Below are positions 11,439-23,333 of a stretch of 64,000 nucleotides of DNA, piece by piece. This stretch comes from Balanoglossus misakiensis (Eukaryota; Animalia; Hemichordata). The notes under the pieces were generated by a model, which did not search any database, was not told the origin of the DNA, and saw only the letters and a program-made list of their open reading frames with translations. Position numbers and translations under genes: made by a program. The first letter of the stretch is position 1, and each line of letters opens with the position of its first letter. The stretch spans positions 15,484,998 through 15,548,997 of the forward strand of contig CM082578.2 in the NCBI GenBank assembly GCA_040954595.2, written 5' to 3'.

Positions 11439-14280
11439 GCGAGATTTGGAATCGTGATGATCTAGCCAGATCTTACCTGAAATCGCGTGAAAGTAACCGC
11501 TAACCCAGCGCCAGGTCAACTCACTCGACAGTAAGAATACCAGTGGTGCTCGACGGGTTCATAGTCCAGTTTAAAATAGCTGCTGTAAATTTATCTTCGG
11601 AAATGTCTGTTTTGCATGTGAACACGACTGACGTCGCCAACCATTTTCTACAATGCGACCAATATGTGAAGTCGAAGAAGTCAGGTGATACGAATGCATC
11701 TGTCAGTCAAAAATCATACCTACCACACGTGGGGGTAATATTGGCAGACACGTCTGTGATATACTGCCACTGAATAATTGCAATGGTTCGTTTCAACAAA
11801 AGAGCTGATCCAGACAAATAACCTTGTCATGCAATGCACTCTGGCGCGACCTTTTGTGGCCTTTAAAATGCAAATGTCACCTTTTTACAAAAACGTCCTT
11901 GGCTTAATATGATCACACGTGGTGTGACCGAAAATTGGCATGTGGACCTAAACCCTCGTCTCCACAACTGATTAAACTTCAAAATACAGATATTAAGGAA
12001 CGTGGATAGAGTAATTTTAACTAGTTCCAGTAACGCAGAAAATCCGGCGGTCAATACTCCAACTGACATACTGCCATTTCTCATGCCCTCTGGTCAGAAA
12101 CAATGTTAAATATAAAGTTGAAAGGTGGTGGTCGATGAAAAGCAGCGCCTATACTTATTCAAATTTGACATTTGCGACGTACATCTTCCGACAGTCTCGG
12201 GTTAAAAATAGACCAAGGATGTAGGACAACGGGACAAGGTTAATGTGAGGTGTGTGTGTGGAGGGGGGGTGGTGGTACACACGGGTGTAGTACGGTACGA
12301 ACTTTATCCATTTTCGGAGCATGGCAGTCGGATGTTTGAAAACACTATCACCAAGCACAACATCACAACATGGTTTACTGTTAATACGACCAATTGGTTG
12401 ATCAGCTCAATTCCTAAATGCTGTCGCAGAAAAAAATCACACGCCACAGACTTATATTGTCCAGTATGTCAGATTTCAGCACTATCATTCAGGCCATTCT
12501 GAGTATGCAAATATAACCTTTCCGTTCCGTTCCATTTGTGTTTTTGTCGATGGTGAAAGTAATGTTACCCACGGTCTTTGACTTGTCTTGAACTTTGTAT
12601 GAAGTGAAGATTTTTCCCAGCACAGCCACTGCAGTCCAATATTTGAACTATAAGACTTGCATCACTTGAAAAGAACAATTTATTGCAAAATAAAGCTCAC
12701 ACAGGGACTGTGAATAAACCACAACAGCTTCGCCTTGTACTCAAACGTACGTACGAAGGCTAACTCAAGTAAACAGGCCAACAGCTCTCGCCCTGTCAGA
12801 AAACAGTCACTAAAACTCGACTCCGAGAAGACTCACAAACACACGGACTGCAAAACAGTCCCTAAAGAACATGCACCGGTGAAAAAGAACATGCACCGGT
12901 GAAAATGCATCACACACATGCATGACACAGGCGCAGCCACGTACAACATATATTTTAAGCTTATTGGCGTAGAGGGCGTACACTTTTATCATGGAGGCAC
13001 GCCCATGATCGCATTGAATTATCAGAATTTCTCAACCAGTTTATGTCAATGGAGAACAAACGATTGACAATATCCAGGGGTTATGTCTGAGTTAAAATCC
13101 CATAAGAAAATGTGACTTGGGTGAATAAAACGGAGATTTCATATTGCTGGTGGGTGTGTATGCGATCTTTTGTTTCTGATCATTGACCGTTCCCCCAACG
13201 AAGTTACTGAGGTTTACGTCAAGATAAAAACAAGATTATATAGAGAAGACAGGAAAGAAAATCTTTGGGTTTTGTCCATTTTTATTTATAAAAGTTCAAC
13301 GCAAGAAGTCAAAAAATAAAATCAGACAAAAAGACACATAACTCAGATAATCAGAAAAGAGACATTTATAACGAAATTAGTGTTTGAACATCTTTATAAC
13401 TCGAAGTAGGATGCTTCACAGTAAACCATGAGTAAACCAATGTAAGACAGTATATACCATATGTCATATGAAAGACTGCTCTACGTACAAAGAATCCTGT
13501 AAAATTTCTACACGCAAAAAATGTTTGTCTCTTCGATAATGTAATTTTGAAAACATTGTGATTTCTTCTTGCTTATAGTACACCCGGTTTGTCTGGGGGA
13601 AAAGCCCTTCTTGGAAGCAAATTTCAAAACAAAACTTGGAAGATTTTTGAAATATATAATGAAAACATGAAGAGATATACATGTATAATGAATCATCCCG
13701 TGTAAAACTTTATACATTTTTCATAAAATATGTTTTATCAATACACATAAAGAACATTTAAATCAACGATAAGAGAAAACTGGTTGCATTGTCCTATTTC
13801 AGAAAACCATTAATCGCTGTTGGTAAATGGATGAAATGTCCACATCTCTCAAAGTTTTAACTTCAGAGACAATCGACCCCGCAAAAGGCAATATTTCGGC
13901 GACAAACAAAATACTTCCAAATATGAATGATCAATAGTCGGCCCATGGTTTTGAGTACCAGTAATTGAAAGTCGGATATTGAAATACAATCTTTCATATA
14001 GAAAATCGAACCATGGTGTTTTTGCTGGAGACTGAGAGGTGTTTCAATTCTCACATCAACGTTTAACTCGAAAAGACTCATTTCACACGCCTTTGTGGGT
14101 TTTTTCCCGTTTGACCAGTGTCGATGGTTCGGCCACGCGCACGGAGATACATTTGAAGTGTGACCAAATTCCTCATTGTCAGTGAGTTCATTTATCTACA
14201 CACCGTTCATCTCCTGGTGTACTTTATTATTTACAAAATATAGAGCATGAATATTTTGAGTGCAGTTATTAAAAATCGTG

Positions 14281-17200
14281 TTACGGCTCGATTTCCAAGT
14301 AGATCTCCACCGATGGAATACTGCTTCTGTATTTGCACCACGTTGGCTCCACCTGTCTCACGGGTGAACTGGGTTCCCCGGGGATGCTTTTCCTGTAAGC
14401 CTTCGACCACGTTGGGCCGTCTGGCGTCACGGTGTGTTCTTCCTGGAGAAGGAAATTGAAGAAGACGTGTACACACACAAAGAAAGTGGAAGTTGGAGAA
14501 AAAGGGGTGAGCAAAAAGTCGGAGAACGAAGAATAGAAGAACAAGGCGAAGATGTGATTTGAAGGATAGCACCACAATGTAAAGTTAAGCAGACTAGAAG
14601 ATGTATAGAGAGATAGACAAAAAATTAAAAGCAATGATTAGTATAGCAGCACATAGACAGCAGGCGCCCCTTATAGCATGTATAGCAATTAATGCATGGA
14701 TTTAAAGGGACAGAGTCACCCACTTTTGACATTACTTTGGTTGCTTCTCTTGATGACGTATGTCCAAAAAGAGGTTGTCACGACCACTACGAAAAATTAA
14801 ATGCTTGCCCAAACAATGTTACAGAGTTTTTAGTGTGAGTAGTTGAATTGCTGCAACCGATCGTCAATGTCAAAGTTGGGTAACTGTTTCCCCTCGTAGA
14901 TGTTATTAAGCACGCTAAGCAGACATTTGCACCCCAGACGAATGTAGGCCTATATCAATTACAATGTAGCACAGCCTAGCCGTGGGGCTCAGTCGTAAAA
15001 AGTTAAAATGACGTCATGGCACTGTAAAAAGGGGTTCTGCGCGGACCTCTCCTTCAAAATTAACGGATGCCATTTGTGTAAAAGATTTATCATTCACTGT
15101 TCGTTAAACGGATACTGCTGGCTTTATAAATCACCACACCACCACAGAAATCCACAAATCGAAGGAAATATTCGATAGAGTAGAAATGACAATATATGTA
15201 GAACTTTGATTCTTACCTTGTATTCTTTGTGGGCAATTTCCATAGCTTTGAACAGCGCTGTAATGTTACCCGCGCCAAAACCAGTAGCTCCTACTCTAGT
15301 GATAATTTCCATAAAAGCAGTCTTCTTTTGAAAAATGGGTGCTGAAAACGCTTGCATCAAAAACCTGAGAGAAAAATAGGATTAATCACTCAAATTATAA
15401 ACGCAGACCTCCAATAGAATCATAACTCACAAACCACACAAAATTATCTGGCATCACTGAGAGAAAATATTCATGATTGGGCAGTTACATACCGTTCGCT
15501 TTTTTGTACGGAGTCGGTGTACGAGAATTCGCCTTCGGCGTCCAGGAGTATACCAAACTTCTTCATATCTTCGAGACACTTTCCTGCCCTTTTGATTTCT
15601 TCGTCTTTACCAACCTTCAGTGTAACAAGGAAAATAGCCGTATTTTAGAGTTGTTTTTTGCATAGTCTATGCTTTCAGTCATTGCCATAGAAACCATACA
15701 TACATCATGTGGGCACAGGCAATCCACAGCTTGCTTTAGCTGCAAACAAGGAAGATGTACACAAATATAACCTAACGTACCGATGTGTAATACTCCACAG
15801 GTATAACTGGAAACACGGAACCGGCTAGCTTCATAGACCTCACGGTATTGACAATATCGTCTGTATACAGTGCGATGTGTTGAATGCCTGGTCCACCATG
15901 GTGTTCAAGAAAAGTGGCTATTTGGTTGCGACTACCAGTACCTTAAATAAAAACATATTCACCGTTAAGCATTATATTTTTTTCGTCAATTTTCCGTACA
16001 CAGAGATTCTTTTACAATTAGCCCCTTCAAACGTCGAAAAGAGGTATGCGACGAACATACTTTTCACGGACATAAAATATTTCCACCAAAAAGCAGTAAG
16101 TACATGGTTCATTAGTACCTTCGGCCCAGATTGCTTCTGCCATGACGAAAGTCACTGCATTTTTCTTGGAACCCTCGGGTTTTTCCAGTCGAACTCCAGA
16201 TTCGGCGCATTTCCAGTACTGGGCGGCCATCAGACGCAGCTCAACTGTGCCAAAATTGATTGGCATGCCGGTTTCGTCATCTTCATTCAAATTGAGTCTG
16301 AATCTCTCACAGCCAAATGCTTCCTGGTAGAATTGGATCATCTGGAAAGATAAGATCAAAAATATTTGTAAAAAAAAGTTTAGTCAACTTATTGAAATGG
16401 TTCAAATGAACATGCGTAGAGGTCGGATACGCATTAATCGGGGGATATCCCAAACTGTCGCAATCACCACAGAACCCGTGGTTCGGATACGTCAACCGTT
16501 TTGCTATCATCCTATGGTATGGGTCATGTCTGTTTAGAACTTGCAAAACCAGGTCTGTGCCTACGAAATATTAACCGAGCATAGATCACGCGTTGTTTGG
16601 TCGTAACCGATTAGAGATTACACCAACAAAACATTAAATCCGGTCATAGACAATGGGATAGAGAGATCAACTCACGTGCCACCATTTCACCGAGTGGTAA
16701 ATGATGATGGCGAGATATGTCAGACCGCGTCCCGGACTGGCACGGCACTTCATGTGCGGCACGTAGACGGTGAACCCCGATGGTCACCGTATCAAGGTGC
16801 TCGGTACTCAAGTCACGGTTACGATGATTTTTGATGATAAAGCTTGTGTTGTGTTGAAGAATTGCACGTCCTATAAATAGGATTATGGGAACGCCCTGAC
16901 ATTGATTGGTCTCAAACGCCCTTGATTTGAAATTTGGTCTGGCGATTTAGGCCTCATTTTGAGAGAGTCGCAAAATGAATGCCTTTAATGGGGAAATATG
17001 TATTTTTTTCACTATGTACTAGGTTGTTCTGCACACTGGTTTCCCGATACCATACACAGAAAAGAGCAACCCTCCCTTTGGCAAAAAAAAATCGATATTC
17101 TCTGCGTTTTGACACAATATTGCTTTTTCGACAATGAGTACATCAGTTCGTTTCGGGGGCATTCGCACAAACTGGGGGGGGGATTTTTGGAGTGATCGTG

Positions 17201-18345
17201 TCTTGGCACCCATCTCCTCCTCCTCCGTCATCATTTCAAGGAATCCTCCTGCTAGGGTGAGTCCCGTGTCCACACCCTTTAACTTTGTAACTGACGATGG
17301 AATGATAAGCCCTATCTGGTTCCAACTGGCACCGCGCTCTGAGAGTGGCACGTGCATGATGGACATCGATCTTCACGGGACACGAGAGTGGACAGTGCCA
17401 GGTACGCATACGCAAGTCACGGTTATGAGCACAATCGCGTGTGTCATGGAAATAAAGATGAACTTCCTCTTTTTCTGTGGCATATTACGATATAGGATAA
17501 CATACCTTGGGTGATGTTCCTGACTCCACCACGTAAGTAAGGTGATCGATGTGTGTGGTTTTGGGGCGGGGCTCGCTGGGAAATTTGGCCAGCAACTCAT
17601 TATTCGGTTGGCTGAACCCAGGCAGGAAGACCCCGTTATATTCTGTGCTGTTGATCAGCGTATGGACAACATTACCTGCAAGAAAGTGAGATAAAAATAT
17701 AACTCACATTTTCTGTAACGTGTTGTGTAAATCTCAGCAAATGTCAACCCTAACAGTCGAGGGTCGACGGTGCAAAATAAACAACACATCTCTCACTCTG
17801 TATCTCTCTCCCTCTTTATCTCTCTCACCCTCTCTCTCCCCCTCCCCACTCCCTCTCTCTCTCTCTCTCTCGGTATTGCATCAACAGTTTTGTGAGGGGA
17901 AATCATATGTTGACGATCCAAGATTTTCGTGTACATGTTCTTTCTGGGTAGACAATTTGTGTTTTGATGAAAAAAACACAACAGGAAAAATCAACTAACC
18001 AATTGGTGATCCTATGACAGCCATGTTAACGCTGCCATTGCCATCCTTCAACGCCGCGGGTTCTTCGATGACAGTCGCCCCGGCCGAGACGGCCCTCCTG
18101 AACACCCCTTCGACATTTCTGACTTCTAAAGCGCAGTCGAAGATGGTGTCTCCGGATATGATGCAATCCTCCGGTCGCTGAGAGAACACGAAGACACTCT
18201 CCCCTGCTCTCACGGCGTACTGGGGAACATCAGGGTCGTTGAAGTTGACGGCAAACAGTTGAAAGCCAAAATGCTTGCTGAATTCTTTGGCCCTGGAGAA
18301 TGCGTCAGCGCAGGCGACTTCAAAATGATGCAGAGTAGCGGCCAT
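14281..18345 (-). CDS. HPDL: 4-hydroxyphenylpyruvate dioxygenase-like (HPDL-type) Fe(II) dioxygenase, about 443 aa, 7 coding exons
   Basis: Exons 18345-18000, 17675-17506, 16341-16119, 15941-15781, 15614-15493, 15364-15217, 14442-14281; phases consistent. Two VOC domains. Intact metal triad: IDHLT, GPGIQHIALYTDDI, FMEIITRVGATGFGAGNITALF. The YNGVFLPGF, GILLD and GATGFG.GNI.AL segments fit HPDL better than HPD. Confidence 0.88.
14706..14894. mobile_element. Degenerate MITE, possibly Kolobok-type
   Basis: ttaa|agggacagagtcaccca ... tgggtaactgtttcccct: imperfect terminal inverted repeat with TTAA on the left only. Confidence 0.3.
17788..17870. repeat. (CT)n-rich microsatellite in HPDL-like intron 1
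   Basis: tctctc...ctctctctctctctct. Confidence 0.8.
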
Positions 18346-19413
18346 TGTTGAAGTTTTTAGAATCGCCTGTTATAGACAAAATCAGAGAATTAATGATACT
18401 AACAGAATGTGAAATCGTGAAAAACTTAAAATCGTTTTTTTTTTCTCTGTTGTCTCTTCAACTCAAACAATGAACACCGTCATACCCCAGCCCATTTTAC
18501 AGGGGAGTTCCGCTTTTAATAATAACAGTAGGGCCTACCAATTTTTTTCCTGTTGCGTTCGTTCGTCTTATTAGTGCGTAGGTTTCTACAGAATCTTATT
18601 CGCATACAGGTAATATGGACATCAGGTAGCCAACAAGAATGTCTTCTCTGCGTGTCGGAGAATGATGTAATGTCACCCCATATGACGTATGGTATCGGTC
18701 GGTAATCATGCCATCCCCGCCTTATCTCAAATTTTTATATTTTGTGGAGTTTTTTTCAAAACAGCTTCGTCTTTCCAACTGATGCAACACGTGCCTGAAT
18801 ACATAACCCGACCCTCGTACACGGCATGTCTCCATTGTTCAGTACAGCTGTTATGTAATAGTTTACAGACGGACCATCCCAATATACCAACTGTTTATTG
18901 GATGACACTTTCGCGTCAGGTGTGGAGTGACTGTTGCACCATAATACATATTGTTTCCCTCTAAAAAATAGAGGTCCACGTCGCTCTCTCTCCCTGTCAT
19001 TACTGGTGGCACTGTTTCTTTTCCTGTCGCGAATATAACCCGTTTTACAGTAGCATTCTACATTTGTACTCATGCACTTCACGTCAGCGGTCGTTACACA
19101 CGCGCGAGAACTGTAATGAGGGTATCTAAGACCCCTACACTTTCCCCAATCTCGGTGCGTTACCAAGGAACTATGCCCGGTGACTCTCGCTCTAAAACTG
19201 CCTTGCAAATTTTTGAAATTACTGCCAAATGCGCCGGTTGATATGACAGGTACTCTTATGAATCATCACGATGACCGAGTCAGATAACCTGACTTGTATT
19301 AAAAACGGAGCTAAAGTCATGATCCCATTGACTGTATCGTGGCAACACAGGCTAATAATAGCAGTTCTCTTCCACTGAGCATTCCTCCACACAGGGAGGG
19401 ACTGTGGCCTAAC

Positions 19414-19441
19414 CATAGACCCTGGAGTTCCAGGGTCTATG
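19414..19441. repeat. Palindrome CATAGACCCTGGA-gt-TCCAGGGTCTATG (P-element-like termini)
   Basis: Perfect 13-bp arms with a 2-nt spacer; no flanking TSD visible. Confidence 0.6.
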
Positions 19442-20756
19442 ATCTTATGATCATACTCCTGAACATACACATTTGTGACCATGTTCCGTAACACAGATAT
19501 GGTTCAGAACGGGGTGCACGGATGTCAATCACTCGATTGGCCTGAAAACAAATGACTTCGTCGGATTATGACCCAATTTGAGCTCTTCAAGTCACGTGGT
19601 TATCTTATCAGAAATCTTCACCGTGATAACGCATACGGTTTCCGCCCGTTCTCACACATGAGCGACTCTTTACCTGGTCGTTCAGTAACTACACATTGAG
19701 GGGGGCTAAATCCCGCCGTGTTATATTTGTTACAAATTAGAGAGGCTCACGGCAAAACCTGATTTGTGTTGTGTCACTGTTGTGCGTACTTCTGGTAGGC
19801 AGTTACGGAAAACCTCCAGACGGTCGGCGGGACGGGACGGGACGCAAAATACAATGCTTATGTAATGTACACGTGAGCAGCAACACCAACGCTTGGCATA
19901 CAAAGCAAAATTCTCTTTTTAAAAATAACAGAGAATCATGTCCTATTTTGCAGTATTTTGTCACAATTATTTTAATTTATACAAAAGCGCTGATTCTTTG
20001 TTCAGACCTAAACCGTCACAACCCACGAGCAAGCTGCAAGGGAACCTCTAGCAAAGCCTCCGAAAAAGTCGTTCCTCATGCAATGAAACTCAAAGAAACG
20101 TACGAAATACTTACGGAATTCAACTGCTGTGCTGATGTGCCTGTTGTTCCGAGCGAGGAGGGGAATGAGAGATATTCCGCAGCAACAAGATGATGTATAT
20201 GTAGATATGCAAATGAAACATTTGAAGTTTAAAAGAAGATCACGTGCTATCAAGGTGATATGATTACACAGCAGGCGAAGATTGGTGCTTACTGCAAAGT
20301 AAATAGACGATCTGCAGATAAGAAAATTTGGAACACAATCCTCTCTGTTGTCTGTTGTCCTCGCATGTTTTAAATAATCATTTATGTTCAAAAATACAAT
20401 TTTCGTGAAGTTCGTGACATGTAATAATATCGACACAATGAGACTTGAAAATGCTGGCACTCGTCCAAAGTACGCTAGTGATCATTTTGCGACCGACTCC
20501 TTGGGGAAGTCCGTTCGGTCTAATATGATTATAGAGGTAGGAGAGCTAGCTAGGGAGCTAGAAGGGAACGGGAATTAAAAACTTTTTTTTCGGTGGGTGA
20601 AGGGTTAGGGAATTTTACATTTATCGTTGTATCGCAGTATGTGGCCACCATAAAAGACTAAAAGACTGGTTCTTAGGCGCATTTCCTCAGTGTGTGCTGA
20701 CTGCACAGTATGTACATGTATCTTCTTCATGTATAGACACGGTCACTCGTTCCTAT

Positions 20757-20779
20757 CATGGACGTAAAAAAAGTCCGTG
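20757..20779. mobile_element. Minimal P-like element/footprint catggac...gtccgtg
   Basis: Flanked by ttcctat / ttcttat (7-bp TSD with 1 mismatch). Confidence 0.45.
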
Positions 20780-21124
20780 TTCTTATATATACAATGTACC
20801 TCTGATTGTTCCATGTATTATCCAAACTCAGGTACAGCCCTCAAATAAATGAAATAAATGTTGTACCATTTCTTCATATGCCAAGAAATTGACAGGCCAG
20901 TTCCATTTGTTTTATTCACAGGCGATTTTGAAGCTATTGAACATTTCAGAGAGTGCTGGCATTTTTACGATTCCGTCCGGCTCACACGACAGAGTGTGTA
21001 CTCCATGCTTCTAGTTAGTACAGACCCTACACCCTTGGAGGTACCACAGTCCACCAAAGTGTCGTATTATGATAAACTTAATACTTACGGAGCATTCGCT
21101 GAAAACTCAGACGAGTGATTACAT

Positions 21125-21146
21125 CATAGACAGTCTACTGTCTATG
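21125..21146. mobile_element. Minimal P-like element/footprint catagacagt-ct-actgtctatg
   Basis: Perfect 10-bp inverted arms flanked by a perfect 7-bp direct repeat attacat. Confidence 0.65.
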
Positions 21147-22121
21147 ATTACATGTACTAGTAACTTGGGATTAGGGACAGGCGAGAACACACGTTTTCAT
21201 AATATGTGAGATTGCATTGGTCGATTTCTCATCGACTTCATGTATTTCTATCTTTCAAATTGAACATGGCGTCTGCATTTGTTTAGTGGGTCCCGTCTGA
21301 CCGTGCCTTCTTCACTGATTCGATACGTGTAGACCCTGGAAGGTTTCTATTGTTCGCTCTGTATCTGTTTTCCACGGCCGCATGCGCTCCGCGAGATGGT
21401 TGTGCAGGAAAGGTTACATTTGCATGTCAATAAGATGGTTTGGTTCAATAGAAGATTTATCAATAGCGAATAAACATCAGTAATAATCGGTTGCTAACAC
21501 TAACTACAGCGTGCCTAATAAACAACCCCCCACCCACAGTGAGTTACTGTGTGGGGGTGTGTCCACCGTCACGGTGCCGTCTACGAAAGGGCTTATTTGC
21601 ATGCAATAAATCTCGGTGGCCGAAATGTCTCATTAGCATGTGTAAATCTAGAGAAAAAATTCCACTTGCCTGGAGCATGGAGGAAAGTCGCTAAAAAGCA
21701 AATCATCTCAAAAGTCAAACGCGCAGTCCAGAAGCATGGGCCGCGAATGGAGTGACTGATGGGTTTGAACACGAAACTCAAGAAACAAGGGAATGTGGTT
21801 TACAACACGAAGAAGAAAGAGTGTTTAAAAAAAAGAACTGAATTCTGGGAAACGATAGAAACATACTTTTTGACCAATCCGTGTGCCCCGTCCGTTCTAC
21901 ATTCTCCATGGGTGCATTTCGTACGTTCATTTAGTGGTTGAGACCTCGTACTGTGTCCTTTTTTTTGAACTACCCCATGAATATCCAAATTCGTGGTCTG
22001 GATCTAAGCTAATATGTCTGTAGGTGTTCGTGGCCATGGTGAAACCATAGACAATGGAGAGGGGGGGGGGGCACAATGTGCCAGGGGCCTCGGCCTATTT
22101 TCAGATGCCTCTCAATAAAAC

Positions 22122-22137
22122 CATGGACATTTCTATG
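22122..22137. mobile_element. Minimal P-like element/footprint catggacatttctatg
   Basis: Flanked by a perfect 7-bp direct repeat ataaaac. Confidence 0.55.
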
Positions 22138-23333
22138 ATAAAACCCAGTCGCTATAAATGTCTCATTAGCATAAGAAAAATATGGAAATGCGACATTGCA
22201 GTACTTGTCTGGAAGTCTACGAAAGGTCTTTGACTGTCTAAAGCATAATTTCGTGAATAGAGTCGTTCATATCTGCCTACATAGGTATATTCAAAGGCGT
22301 TGGAGACCTTGTACCCTGCCCTTTTTGAATTACCACAGAATTATACAAATTCGCGTTATGAGTTCTGATAGACCCGTACCGCAAAATCGTGACATTCGAG
22401 CGTAAAACTTTCACGTGGCTATTCTACCTGTTCAATTTTGTACGGGTTCAAGTTCTCAGACGATAACAATTCACAAGTTTCCTTTGTCGGAGAATCGATC
22501 AGCAAATCGGCATACTTTCTGAAAATTACAACTTTATAGCTTTTACAGCTTTGACACCTGACACAATTGTATGTCCTATAAACCACGGTGGGGTGATCGT
22601 GTTCCAATTCATGAGTAAGAGTGTTATACACAGTTATCCTGAAATCCGGGGCGAGGAAAAACTCCGAGACTTTCTGCAGGGATTTCACAGAGACACCGTC
22701 GCAATGAACCACTGTCAAATTTCAAATAATGTTACATGAAATAAAGAGAGATATACTCTTCAGACGGCATTAAAACGACTTTCCTTTATTCACCGACTTG
22801 TATCAACTCATGGTATACGACCATCGCTTTCTGTTTGATAGATGTTCTTGATGGTAGCGGAAATCTATACAGCAAATATGCTATCTAGTATGTAATGTCG
22901 TGCAAAACAAGATTCAACCTTCATTTGTGACAATGAGATAAAAGCAAACTCCGGAAAGGTTTAAGACAAGAAGTTATCATTGATTCCAGTAGCAGGTCAA
23001 ATCATTCTTGTTCGAGTATCATGGCCCAACCTTTCTCCAATGAAAGGAGTTGCTTGGCATTTAAAAACCCGGTCAACCGTAGAGGCAAGGGGTTCAGTCT
23101 CCCATTTCACTTTTTTTTAAATGCCCATACACGATTGGTCCGCATATGCAGATACACGCCTTTCTACAAGTCCCTCCCAGTCAGCTGATCACAGCCACAG
23201 TCCAACCCACTTGTTAGGATACTTCAAGCGACAAACTGGTGCTTTCGACACTTGTCCTGAGTTCATCGTGGTTCTCAGATTTCTCCGTCGTCATCATTTG
23301 CGAGTATCAACTTTCCACTAGGCAAATAACACA

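Noticed and set aside
17019-17514. Overlapping 115- and 126-aa ORFs in HPDL-like intron 2
   Set aside because: No recognisable domain or splice support.
18756-22739. Several 90-150 aa ORFs in the HPDL/FOXRED2-B intergenic region as a hidden fourth cluster gene
   Set aside because: No recognisable motifs and no coherent exon chain found.
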